Origin: a virus
Taxonomy: Duplodnaviria > Heunggongvirae > Uroviricota > Caudoviricetes
Direction: 5' to 3' (one strand)
IMG/VR virus record: IMGVR_UViG_3300045747_000063
Span: 12,449-76,448 of that record
DNA length: 64,000 nucleotides
Shown here piece by piece: positions 39,797 through 49,204 of this stretch; within the stretch, counting starts at the first letter, position 1, and each line of letters begins with the position of its first letter. A program made the position numbers and the translations under genes. The notes under the pieces are model-generated. The model was not told where the DNA came from and did not search any database. It saw only the letters and a program-made list of their open reading frames with translations.

Positions 39797-41653
39797 ATGG
39801 CTGACAAGAAAGCTTTAGCACAAGATTTTATCAACCACGTCAAAGAACGTGTGAAACTAATCAATACAGACCCATCCCGCGATGCTCTGCTTGATACAAT
39901 CGGTCTAGACCGAATGAACGACAGCTACTACATGGCTGGTGAAACATCCCCGCAAGAACGTTACGCATTCGTATCAGCAGCTTTTGGTTCAAACCCAGAA
40001 CACGCGCAACGCCTGTATGACTATTCATCCCAACATTGGTTCGGCTATGCAACACCAATTCTGTCTTTCGGTAGAAACAAAAAGAGTCTTCCTATCTCGT
40101 GCTTTGGTACTTACATTCCAGACACAGCGGACGGCTTGGTGGAAACATGGGCCGAAACGAACCGCATGTCTATGATGGGCGGTGGTGTTGGCTTGTACTT
40201 CGGCATTCGTAGCCAAGATGACAAGTCGGTTGGTTTGATTCCACACGCAAAGACATATGACACGTCCGTTCTCGCTTACAAACAGGGAACAACTCGTCGT
40301 GGTTCGTATGCGTTGTATATGGATATCAACCACCCAGAAATTGTTGAATTCTTGAAGATGCGTACAGAGTCCGGTGGAGACCCAAACCGTAAATGCTTGA
40401 ACCTTCACAATGGCATCAACATTCCAGATGCGTTCATGGAAATCATCGAACGTTGTATGCATGACCCAAAAGCAAATGACGATTGGAAATTGGTTGACCC
40501 GATTACCAAAGAAGAAAAAGGTGTTGTGTCTGCAAAAGAAATTTGGCAAGAAATTCTTGAACTGCGTTCCGGCGCAGGCCGTGGTGAACCATACATCATG
40601 TTCTCTGATACTGTGAACAACGCAGCACCAGAAGCGTATAAGAAGCATGGTCTTGTTATCAACCACTCGAACCTATGCTCAGAAATTACTCTGGCTACCG
40701 ATGCACTCCACAGCTTTGTTTGCTGTTTGAGTTCAATCAATTTGGTTCATTGGGACATGTACAAGAACAACTACCAGTTCTTCCTCGACTTGGCAGAAAT
40801 GATGGACAACGTGTTGCAATACTTCATTGACTTTGCACCGGACAACCTATGGCGTTCTGTGGCATCTGCTGTACGTGAACGTAGCATCGGGCTTGGTGTG
40901 ATGGGATTCCACTCATATCTGCAATCCAAGATGATTCCGTTTGAGTGCGCAATGGCAAAATCTTTGAACATGCGAATCTTCAAAGAGTACCGCGCAATGC
41001 TCGACAGAGCTAATGCCGAGTTGGGTGCACTAAGAGGCTCACCAAGCCTCCTAGAAGGCACAGGACTGCGTTTCACGCACTTGATGGCACTAGCCCCTAC
41101 CGCGTCGAATAGTTTGATTTGTGGTAACGTTTCAGCGTCTACAGAACCTTGGAGAGCAAATGCTTTCCGTCAGGATACTTTGAGCGGTTCGTATACACAA
41201 AAGAATCTATACCTAGATGGATACTTGCATAAGTTCCAAATGGAACACGGCATGAAGTTCGATTGGATTGAAGAACAGTGGCAAGAAATTGTCAATGCGG
41301 CTGGTTCAGTTCAAGGGTTGAAATGGATGCCTCAAGAAGACAAAGATGTTTTCAAGACTGCATCTGAAATTGACAACATGTGGGTTATTGAACATGCTGC
41401 TGACCGTCAAGTTCATATTGACCAATCACAAAGTCTGAACATTTTCATTCAGCCAACAATTTCAATTCCTCTTTTGCACGCAATTCACTTTGCAGCATGG
41501 AAGAAAAAATTGAAGACGATGTACTACTGCCGTTCAGAAAAAATCCACAACACTTCCGTTTCTAAGAAAGTGGTTCGTGAGAAGTTGGAAGACGACATTC
41601 AATTGATGAAAGACATTGCAGCAGGCGAAACTTGCATTGCATGTGAGGGTTAA
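39797..41653 (+). CDS. nrdA: class I ribonucleotide reductase alpha subunit, no obvious ATP-cone
   Basis: NLCSEI active-site block, C-terminal C..C pair (CIACEG), 618 aa. Confidence 0.8.
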   Translation: MADKKALAQDFINHVKERVKLINTDPSRDALLDTIGLDRMNDSYYMAGETSPQERYAFVSAAFGSNPEHAQRLYDYSSQHWFGYATPILSFGRNKKSLPISCFGTYIPDTADGLVETWAETNRMSMMGGGVGLYFGIRSQDDKSVGLIPHAKTYDTSVLAYKQGTTRRGSYALYMDINHPEIVEFLKMRTESGGDPNRKCLNLHNGINIPDAFMEIIERCMHDPKANDDWKLVDPITKEEKGVVSAKEIWQEILELRSGAGRGEPYIMFSDTVNNAAPEAYKKHGLVINHSNLCSEITLATDALHSFVCCLSSINLVHWDMYKNNYQFFLDLAEMMDNVLQYFIDFAPDNLWRSVASAVRERSIGLGVMGFHSYLQSKMIPFECAMAKSLNMRIFKEYRAMLDRANAELGALRGSPSLLEGTGLRFTHLMALAPTASNSLICGNVSASTEPWRANAFRQDTLSGSYTQKNLYLDGYLHKFQMEHGMKFDWIEEQWQEIVNAAGSVQGLKWMPQEDKDVFKTASEIDNMWVIEHAADRQVHIDQSQSLNIFIQPTISIPLLHAIHFAAWKKKLKTMYYCRSEKIHNTSVSKKVVREKLEDDIQLMKDIAAGETCIACEG

Positions 41654-41656
41654 GAA

Positions 41657-42655
41657 ATGACAACACCAAAAACAAAACTGAAACTAACCGATACACGTCA
41701 TAACTTAAAGCCTTACCAATATCCCTGGGCTTGGGATTTGTGGGAGAAGCATGAATCTATGCACTGGTTGCCAAAAGTAATTCCAATGCAACAAGACATT
41801 TCAGATTGGAATGGAAAACTAACCGAAGGCCAGAAGCACTTCTTGCTACAGATTTTCCGTCTCTTCACTCAGGGTGACATTTCAGTTGCGGGCGCATACG
41901 TGAAGAACTATCTTCCTGTGTTGAGTGGACACCCAGAAATTCGTGGTCTCCTACTTGGCATTGCAGCACGTGAAGTGATTCACATCAAGGCATACGCACA
42001 CTTGATTGAAACTCTCGGTCTACCAGACAAGATTTTCAATGAGTTCCTTGAGTATGAAGCGATGGCAGCAAAGCAGAAATACTTCGATGAAGTTGAGGGA
42101 TTGGACAAGACGCACATCATCCAACAAATGACGGCTGTATCAGCCTTCACGGAAGGTATGCAGTTGTTCAGTTCATTCGCTATGCTTCTGAACTTTGGTC
42201 GCCGTGGGCTGATGCCTGGTATGGTTAAAATCGTTACATGGTCTATCCTAGACGAAGACCTACACGTTGAAGCCATGACAAAGCTATTCCGCACATTCGT
42301 CAAAGAAAATCCTGACGTATGGAATGATGACCTGAAATCTCAATTGTACACCATCGCAGAAAAGATGGTTGAACTGGAAGACAAGTTCATTGACTTGGCA
42401 TACGAACAAGGCGGTATGGAAGGTCTGGATAAGGCTGACATGCACCAATACATTCGCTACATTTCAGACCGTCGATTGATTGGTTTGGGCTTGAAGGGAA
42501 TTTTCAAGGTCAAGAAGAATCCTCTTCCTTGGGTTGATGAAATGACCGTTCTACAATCACACACAAACTTCTTTGAACAGACAGAAAGCTCTTACGCAAA
42601 AGGCTCTCTAACTGGCAATTGGAATGACGTGTGGGGCGCAGCGAAGGAAGCTTAA
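41657..42655 (+). CDS. nrdB: ribonucleotide reductase beta subunit
   Basis: E..H iron-ligand blocks AREVIHIKAYAHL and LDEDLH, ferritin-like. Confidence 0.85.
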   Translation: MTTPKTKLKLTDTRHNLKPYQYPWAWDLWEKHESMHWLPKVIPMQQDISDWNGKLTEGQKHFLLQIFRLFTQGDISVAGAYVKNYLPVLSGHPEIRGLLLGIAAREVIHIKAYAHLIETLGLPDKIFNEFLEYEAMAAKQKYFDEVEGLDKTHIIQQMTAVSAFTEGMQLFSSFAMLLNFGRRGLMPGMVKIVTWSILDEDLHVEAMTKLFRTFVKENPDVWNDDLKSQLYTIAEKMVELEDKFIDLAYEQGGMEGLDKADMHQYIRYISDRRLIGLGLKGIFKVKKNPLPWVDEMTVLQSHTNFFEQTESSYAKGSLTGNWNDVWGAAKEA

Positions 42656-42657
42656 AG

Positions 42658-42822
42658 ATGCCACTATATACATATAAGTGCTTGTCTTGCGAGAAGCATG
42701 AAACGAAACTAATCAAAATAACAGAACCAGACGGTGTGATTTACAAATGCACTTGTGGTGGAGACCAGCAACGAGTATTCGATTTGTCTGGTACTTCATT
42801 CCAATTGAAAGGAAAGTATTAA
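42658..42822 (+). CDS. FmdB-like zinc-ribbon protein
   Basis: MPLYTYKCLSC...CTCGG double CxxC. Confidence 0.45.
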   Translation: MPLYTYKCLSCEKHETKLIKITEPDGVIYKCTCGGDQQRVFDLSGTSFQLKGKY

Positions 42823-42981
42823 ATGGCAAAGCAGACGTTATATTGCGAATCGTGCGACACAGAATGCACGGTTTCCCACAAAAAACCAAAGACTGAAATT
42901 GAGGCGTTCTACTGCCCATTCTGCGGCGAAGAAATTGATGTCGGCTGGAATACGCTGGACGAAGACGAGAGCAATGCTTAA
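42823..42981 (+). CDS. zinc-ribbon small protein
   Basis: CESC...CPFCG. Confidence 0.4.
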   Translation: MAKQTLYCESCDTECTVSHKKPKTEIEAFYCPFCGEEIDVGWNTLDEDESNA

Positions 42982-43146
42982 AGAAGATGAAGTTTACTTC
43001 CATTGCTTTGAGCAAGCTGAGAACCTGATTGACCGTGGTTACATCAGTAATATCTCAGTCGAGGACTTGACTCAAAAACTGATTGCTCAGTTAGAGAAGA
43101 GTCCTCGATGGAAGGAAATTTTAGAGGGACAATGGAGCGGTGAGGT

Positions 43147-43584
43147 TTAATACTTCACTGCTTTTAGTTGTGCGAAGAAGAATGGTGTTTTGTTGAACCA
43201 CTTCTTGTAGATTTTGGCACGGATGTTTTGATTGAAACATTTATCATCGAACATTGACCCGCTGACATGCAAGAGGTATTCTTCTCCAAGTGTCATACAA
43301 GCTTTGGTGTCGGCGAAGAGAAGAATCTCTCGCTCGAAATTAGCTTCACCTTGTTCTGCAATGAATGCAACCAAGTCGGGTGACGATGACCAGTAATCGG
43401 CCCATCCACTATCGACTTTGCTTTTGGTTTTCTTACCCTTCAATTGGGTGGTCTTCACCTTAGTAAGCATCTTGCGTCCGATGTACCACTTGCCTGTTGG
43501 CTTGTATGTGATTTTGTATAGGAAGCCGATTGCTTTTGCTGGAATATCTTCTTCTTTTATTGGTTTGTTTTTATAAAGCCACAT
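43147..43584 (-). CDS. GIY-YIG homing endonuclease-like
   Basis: GFLYKITYKPTGKWYIGRK GIY-YIG motif; minus strand. Confidence 0.6.
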   Translation of the reverse strand: MWLYKNKPIKEEDIPAKAIGFLYKITYKPTGKWYIGRKMLTKVKTTQLKGKKTKSKVDSGWADYWSSSPDLVAFIAEQGEANFEREILLFADTKACMTLGEEYLLHVSGSMFDDKCFNQNIRAKIYKKWFNKTPFFFAQLKAVKY

Positions 43585-43666
43585 ATAATCAGTTAGTTAT
43601 GAAGGTGTTTGCTGTTGAGTGAAAAGGTGCTATACTGCACGCCCCGAAAATATTTATGGAGAAATC

Positions 43667-44086
43667 GTGTTCATCATTCCTATCGCACCAGTTAAGACAT
43701 TCAAGTTCCACAAAGACGGTTCACAACCAACCAAAGACCAGATATTCGTGTTTGGCTCAAACAAGGCTGGTGTTCATGGAGCAGGCGCGGCACGTGCAGC
43801 ATATGAACACTATGGCGCACGATGGGGTTGTGGATGGGGATTCACTGGAAGCACATTTGCAATCCCAACCAAGGATTATCAGATTATTTCAATGAAAATT
43901 GACGAGATACGAAAGTATGCTAGTCTGTTCGTGGGGGTCACACACAGTGAGCCTTTTGAAGAATTCTTCGTCACACGTATCGGCTGCGGTTTGGCTGGTT
44001 ACACTGATGCAGAAATTGCACCGCTGTTTAAAGAGTGCAACACCAATTGTTCATTCGCAAATGAATGGGCTGAATTTTTAAAATAA
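43667..44086 (+). CDS. Rossmann-like (macro/SLOG-like) protein, GTG start
   Basis: VFGSNKAGVHGAGAARAA glycine-rich nucleotide-binding-like loop; family uncertain. Confidence 0.3.
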   Translation: MFIIPIAPVKTFKFHKDGSQPTKDQIFVFGSNKAGVHGAGAARAAYEHYGARWGCGWGFTGSTFAIPTKDYQIISMKIDEIRKYASLFVGVTHSEPFEEFFVTRIGCGLAGYTDAEIAPLFKECNTNCSFANEWAEFLK

Positions 44087-44097
44087 GGAAAAGTGAA

Positions 44098-44373
44098 ATG
44101 AGTACAGTTACAACAGGCATTATCGTCCCAAGCAATCCAGCCGACCAGAAGTCCATCCTCAATGCGTTGAAGGAAGCAGACAATTGCTTGCTGCGCATCG
44201 ACTCCGAGCGTGACCAAATCAAGGCCATCATTGATGACCTGAACACAAAGTTCCCAGACTTGGGCAAGAAGTGGTTCGCATGGGCAATCAAGCGTATGCA
44301 CAAAGGTGATGCTGATGAAGTCCTCGATGAAGCAGAAACCTTCTCAAGCGCATTCGAAACAATCGTCAAGTAA
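44098..44373 (+). CDS. hypothetical protein
   Basis: 91 aa ORF. Confidence 0.35.
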   Translation: MSTVTTGIIVPSNPADQKSILNALKEADNCLLRIDSERDQIKAIIDDLNTKFPDLGKKWFAWAIKRMHKGDADEVLDEAETFSSAFETIVK

Positions 44374-44384
44374 GAACACAAATC

Positions 44385-45446
44385 ATGGCTAGAACAACAG
44401 GTGCAAAAGGCAGAGCAATATTGAACTCGAAGAAAGTTTTCCCAGAGTTCAATCCAATCGACTACGATGCATCCATCGCAAAGAATCTATGCTTCTACAG
44501 TGACAACGTGGATGGTGCAGTTAAGAAAGCTACCGCGTTGGCGTATTGGAAAAGTAAAGGTCTCGACACAAAGCTGGTATCTCGTTTTGGTGAGACTTGG
44601 TTCAACACGGCTGGTGCAGTCGCGCACATGTTGTTCGAGCGTAAGCTTGCACTACATGACAAAGATGTTTCTTTCCTCGACACAAAATTCGCCGAACTAA
44701 ACGCGATGAAGGGCGGTGAAGAACCAGCCGCTCCAAAGGCGACAAAAGAAGACAAAGACGCACGCGAACTGAAACTGCACATTGCAGAATTCGAAGCGGC
44801 TGTCGATGTTATCTTTGCTGGTGGAGTTGCAGATGGTAAAGCATATCTTCTGCACAATGAAGTGAAGCCAGCAATGGCAAAACAAATTGCTCTCCACTTG
44901 AGAAAGTACACTCGTGAGTTGAAAGAAATTGACAACGACGAGCAATTGAAAGAAGGCTACTCATTCTTGGGTAAGCGCAAACTTAAAGAGGTTCAAGAAA
45001 AACTCGAAGCACTTATCTCAGCGTGTGGAATGGCAGCAGCAATCACTCGTGCAGCAAAGCCTCGTGCAAAGAAACAGAAGTCGCCAGTATTGGTTGCAAA
45101 GAATGTAAAGTATTTGTCTGAATACGCCGAACTGAAATTGAAGTCGGTCACACCTGACAAGATGGTGAATGCATCCGAAGTCTGGTTGTTCAACGTGAAA
45201 GTCCGTAGACTGTTCAAGTATGTTTCACTCGATGGAACTGGTTTGACAATCAAAGGAACAACAATTCTGAATTTCGACCCAGAGAAGTCTGGTGGAAAAA
45301 TCATTCGCAAGCCTGAGACTCAATTGAAGGGTGTGGAAGGATTCACTTCTAGACCACTAAATAAGCTGTACAACGATATCAGAGCAGTGCCAAGCAAAGC
45401 TACGGGACGTGTGAATGAAGATTGTATCATCGTGAAATGTTTTTAA
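44385..45446 (+). CDS. hypothetical Lys-rich protein
   Basis: 353 aa, K/A-rich. Confidence 0.35.
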   Translation: MARTTGAKGRAILNSKKVFPEFNPIDYDASIAKNLCFYSDNVDGAVKKATALAYWKSKGLDTKLVSRFGETWFNTAGAVAHMLFERKLALHDKDVSFLDTKFAELNAMKGGEEPAAPKATKEDKDARELKLHIAEFEAAVDVIFAGGVADGKAYLLHNEVKPAMAKQIALHLRKYTRELKEIDNDEQLKEGYSFLGKRKLKEVQEKLEALISACGMAAAITRAAKPRAKKQKSPVLVAKNVKYLSEYAELKLKSVTPDKMVNASEVWLFNVKVRRLFKYVSLDGTGLTIKGTTILNFDPEKSGGKIIRKPETQLKGVEGFTSRPLNKLYNDIRAVPSKATGRVNEDCIIVKCF

Positions 45447-45456
45447 AGGAAAAAGT

Positions 45457-45678
45457 ATGCCAAGTAATGGATGTAACCCAAAGTGTCTGAGTAGTGGACA
45501 AGGTGGCGGTGGTTTCTACCAGAAGCCGTTGTTCCAAGTTAAGTTGCCAATTGACAGCCTATCTGTCAGCCAACAAAAAATCATCGCAGCAGAAGCTCGT
45601 GAATACTTGAGAGAGAAGCTGCCTCAACTCGACTTCATCGTGACAAACCACGGTGTCGAAATTAACCGTATCCTATAA
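45457..45678 (+). CDS. hypothetical small protein
   Basis: 73 aa ORF with RBS. Confidence 0.3.
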   Translation: MPSNGCNPKCLSSGQGGGGFYQKPLFQVKLPIDSLSVSQQKIIAAEAREYLREKLPQLDFIVTNHGVEINRIL

Positions 45679-45688
45679 GGAATCTGAA

Positions 45689-46000
45689 ATGACATCAACA
45701 GTTGGAAATACCGAATTGAGCCCCGGTGAAGTGGCTCTAGAGACAGCACGCGAATCTGCATTGCTCTCTGCTCATGAAAAACGCATTGCTGGTCTTGCAA
45801 AGGCTCGTGAGGCAAAGGCAGCTAAAGCTGCTCTACGCGAAGCAGGCGCATTGGATGACGACACACGTGACGCATTCTGGCGTGAAATCTTCCTGACATT
45901 GGCCCGCAACCGCGAAGCACGTGGACAGAAGGATTGGATTGCTTGCATCGCAGTTGCCGATGAAGTTATCGACGCACTGGAAGAAGCAGGAAAAATCTAA
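45689..46000 (+). CDS. hypothetical protein
   Basis: 103 aa ORF. Confidence 0.3.
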   Translation: MTSTVGNTELSPGEVALETARESALLSAHEKRIAGLAKAREAKAAKAALREAGALDDDTRDAFWREIFLTLARNREARGQKDWIACIAVADEVIDALEEAGKI

Positions 46001-46903
46001 GTGCCAACCAACAAAATCATTTTGGTGGATTTCTCGCAGGCTGTTATCGCAGCCTGCGCTGCTCAAGCCAAAGAATTGAACGGCAACTCCGAAGCGAAGT
46101 CATACATCAGACACATTGTCTTAGGTATGATTTTGCAGTGGAAGCAGAAATTCAAAGGCAAGATTATTCTTGCATGTGATGCAAAGAATTACTGGCGCAA
46201 GGATGAATTCCCTGCGTACAAAGGCCACCGCAAGCACGAGAATACTGAGTTCCTGAATTGGGATTTGGTTCGTGAATGTGTTGAGGAATTGAAGAACGAC
46301 TTACGTCTCTACTTCCCGTACCACGTGATTGAAGTTGAAGGCGCAGAGGCCGACGATGTTGTTGCAATCCTAACCAAGTTTTTCCAAGAGAACGACCTTG
46401 TGAACACTGGCCTGATTGAAGAACCACGCGAGATAGTAATTGTCTCCACCGATGGCGACTTCCAGCAACTGCAAAAGTACCCCGGTGTATTCCAGTGGAA
46501 CAACGTGCAGAAGAAGATGATTGTTTGCGCGAATCCAAAGCAATATCTGATTGAACACTTGGCTCGTGGTGACACGGACGACAACGTTCCATCGGTCTGC
46601 AATGGTGATGATTGGGCCAAGGCCCGTAAGGATGGCGTGCCAGTACGTGCTGCACCGTTCAAAACTTCACGCCTACTTGACTTCTACCACAAAGGGATTG
46701 ATGCTTGTCTCAATGAAGTGGAACGCCGAAACTGGAAGAGAAACGAACTGCTCATTGACCTTGACTCCATTCCTTCGGCTATAAATATGAAGGTAATCTC
46801 GGCGTATCTAGACTACGAGGTTAAAGGAAACAAGAACAAGGTTTTCAATTATTTAACAAAGAACAGAATGAAGTATCTAATGAGTTCCAGTTCAGAATTT
46901 TAA
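46001..46903 (+). CDS. rnh: RNase H / FEN-family 5'-3' exonuclease (T4 rnh-like), GTG start
   Basis: LVDFSQ, DGDFQQLQKY matches T4 RNase H LIDFSQ, DGDFTQLHKY. Confidence 0.85.
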   Translation: MPTNKIILVDFSQAVIAACAAQAKELNGNSEAKSYIRHIVLGMILQWKQKFKGKIILACDAKNYWRKDEFPAYKGHRKHENTEFLNWDLVRECVEELKNDLRLYFPYHVIEVEGAEADDVVAILTKFFQENDLVNTGLIEEPREIVIVSTDGDFQQLQKYPGVFQWNNVQKKMIVCANPKQYLIEHLARGDTDDNVPSVCNGDDWAKARKDGVPVRAAPFKTSRLLDFYHKGIDACLNEVERRNWKRNELLIDLDSIPSAINMKVISAYLDYEVKGNKNKVFNYLTKNRMKYLMSSSSEF

Positions 46904-46906
46904 AGG

Positions 46907-47416
46907 GTGGTAAACATGAGCAAGCAAGTAGTGGTAAAGACAGCAGCAACCGCAGCACCTCGCGTATGGGGTAAAGGCAAGACAATGAAACTCATGCACG
47001 CATTCGAGCAATTGGACGCGATTGAGAAAGCAACAGACGCTGAAAAGGTTTCGTTGTTGAAAGAGTATGGAGCAAAGAGTCCTCTCAGCTTCGTTATGTC
47101 TCTCAACTTCCGCAGCGACATCAAGCTGGATTTGCCAGAAGGTATGCCGCCTCTTGAACCAAATGAAATGGACACCGTTACACATCCAGATATGATGGGT
47201 GCTTTGTCTACATCGGTTCATCGTTTGAAGAACTGTATGTCTGGTGGAACCATCAAGCAGTTCAAGAAAGAAGAAATCTTCGTTCAAGTGTTGTTGGCTT
47301 GTCCGATGAAAGATGCTGAAATCGTCTGTGCTGCAAAAGACAAGGCATTGGAAGAGTTGTATCCGAGCATCACCGCCGACTTGGTAAAGAGTGTATTCCC
47401 TGCTTATGTAAAGTGA
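46907..47416 (+). CDS. hypothetical protein
   Basis: 169 aa ORF. Confidence 0.4.
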   Translation: MVNMSKQVVVKTAATAAPRVWGKGKTMKLMHAFEQLDAIEKATDAEKVSLLKEYGAKSPLSFVMSLNFRSDIKLDLPEGMPPLEPNEMDTVTHPDMMGALSTSVHRLKNCMSGGTIKQFKKEEIFVQVLLACPMKDAEIVCAAKDKALEELYPSITADLVKSVFPAYVK

Positions 47417-47573
47417 GAAGATGATGAATGATAATGTGAAAGTTCCAACGACAACTTCTGCTGAGTCTCCTTGGTGGGTTCCTGGTGCAGTGTACGCACA
47501 AAAGTACGAGTTCCTTGGAACAGTGAATGACATACCAGAAGAAGAACCTTCGAAAGAAGACGAGGCAAAATAA

Positions 47574-48047
47574 GTGAAAGCAAAATGGATTAAGATGTAC
47601 CTCGACTTCGCAGACCGAGCAGCCGAGGAATCCCATGCGGTACGACTGAAAGTTGGTGCTATATTCGTTTCACCGAAGGGTGTTGTGAGTACAGGCATCA
47701 ACGGTCTGCCAGCAGGCGGTGATAACGTTTGTGAAGAAGAGGTTTACGCCGATTCTTTGTCAGACAAGACAGTGCTTAGAACAAAGGTTGAAGTGTCACA
47801 CGCAGAAGAAAATCTGTTTTCAAAGTTGATGCGCCAAGGCGTGTCTACAGAAGGTGGTTGGGTTTTCTTGACACATGAACCGTGTATCAACTGTGCAAAG
47901 ATTATCGCTGGTTCTGGTGTTGAAGCCGTGGTGTATAGAACACCATATGCAGGTTCGCATAAGACCGGAAAAGAATGGCTCAGACAAAATGACGTAATCT
48001 GTGAGTCAGAAGAATACATGTATGTGTTTTACAAACCAAAGGACTAG
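47574..48047 (+). CDS. cd: dCMP deaminase
   Basis: HAEENL and PCINCAK zinc-binding motifs. Confidence 0.8.
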   Translation: MKAKWIKMYLDFADRAAEESHAVRLKVGAIFVSPKGVVSTGINGLPAGGDNVCEEEVYADSLSDKTVLRTKVEVSHAEENLFSKLMRQGVSTEGGWVFLTHEPCINCAKIIAGSGVEAVVYRTPYAGSHKTGKEWLRQNDVICESEEYMYVFYKPKD

Positions 48048-48049
48048 CA

Positions 48050-48322
48050 ATGCCAATTTACGAATACCAATGTGGTGTATGTAACTACAACTTCGATATG
48101 TTCAAGAAGATTGACACTCGTGAAGAACCGACACGCGAAGCTTGCCCCAAATGTGGTAAGAAGAAAGTTGAAATGCGTATCTGCGCACCGAACCTTTGTG
48201 ACCCAACCAAGATGGATGGTCGTATGCCTGTGAACGTGAAGCTGCAAGAAAAGTTCAAGCAGATTCACGAGAACACTGCTGGCTCAAGATTGAACGAAAC
48301 GTCGAAGATAACTAAAATATAA
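48050..48322 (+). CDS. FmdB-family zinc-ribbon protein
   Basis: MPIYEYQCGVC...CPKCG. Confidence 0.5.
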   Translation: MPIYEYQCGVCNYNFDMFKKIDTREEPTREACPKCGKKKVEMRICAPNLCDPTKMDGRMPVNVKLQEKFKQIHENTAGSRLNETSKITKI

Positions 48323-48330
48323 GGGAAGTC

Positions 48331-48594
48331 ATGAAATACAAACTTAGACCAATTATTATTGATGCGCAAGAGTGGGATGGTTCACCTCAAGCGTTGGCGA
48401 AAATTCAGGCGATGGTAACGCCAGCAAATTCCACCAAGATTCAATATGTGGCTAAGACCAACTCGCTGTTCGTGCAATCTTTGTATGGAACTGTTGTTGC
48501 TCAAGTTGGCGACTTCGTTGTGAATGGTTTAGACGGTGATATTTTCCTTGTGAAGGCAAACATTTTCTCTGTGATGGCAGCAAAAGCAGAATAA
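48331..48594 (+). CDS. hypothetical protein
   Basis: 87 aa ORF. Confidence 0.3.
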   Translation: MKYKLRPIIIDAQEWDGSPQALAKIQAMVTPANSTKIQYVAKTNSLFVQSLYGTVVAQVGDFVVNGLDGDIFLVKANIFSVMAAKAE

Positions 48595-48627
48595 CAATAA
48601 CAAACCGATTATGGGTGGGTGAAACCA

Positions 48628-49182
48628 ATGGCAGCAAAGGCTCAACTTCCGCCACAGACGTTTCTGGCGTTCGATAAAATTGACATTGAATTATCGAAAG
48701 ATATTTGTGATTGGGTTTTGGAAAATAATCTGAGTAAGGTGAAGCACAAGTTCCTGACTCTTGTAATAAACAGCGAAGGTGGAGATTTATCTGCTGCCTT
48801 TGCGATAATCGACATCATGCGCAGTTCGCAGATTCCGGTTAGAACAATTGCCACAGGTGAAATTTTATCTGCTGGTGTAATGATTTTCATGGCTGGTGAA
48901 AAAGGTTATCGTCTGATTACCCCAAACACTTCAATCATGAGTCACAGATTTAGTGCTGGCTTCGATGGTGCATACCATGAATTGAAAGAGGCAGCTAAAG
49001 ACCACGAAATGTCCAACACGAAGATGATTAAGCATTACGTCTCATGTACTGGAATGTCGGCTAAACTCGTTGAGAAACATCTGTTGCCTCACCACGATGC
49101 ATACCTGACCGTCGAAGATGCAGTTAAATTTGGCATCGGCGATGTAATTGCAGATATTCCTTTTGCAAATTTGACAACATAA
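48628..49182 (+). CDS. ClpP-like serine protease
   Basis: INSEGGDLSAAFAI, TGEILSAG (Ser block), IMSHRF (His block). Confidence 0.65.
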   Translation: MAAKAQLPPQTFLAFDKIDIELSKDICDWVLENNLSKVKHKFLTLVINSEGGDLSAAFAIIDIMRSSQIPVRTIATGEILSAGVMIFMAGEKGYRLITPNTSIMSHRFSAGFDGAYHELKEAAKDHEMSNTKMIKHYVSCTGMSAKLVEKHLLPHHDAYLTVEDAVKFGIGDVIADIPFANLTT

Positions 49183-49204
49183 AAAACTAAGGTAAACTGT
49201 TTCT

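Noticed and set aside
46892-47701. 269-aa minus-strand ORF overlapping 46907..47416 and the dCMP deaminase start
   Set aside because: Low-complexity translation. The + strand alternatives have RBSs, and one has clear deaminase motifs.
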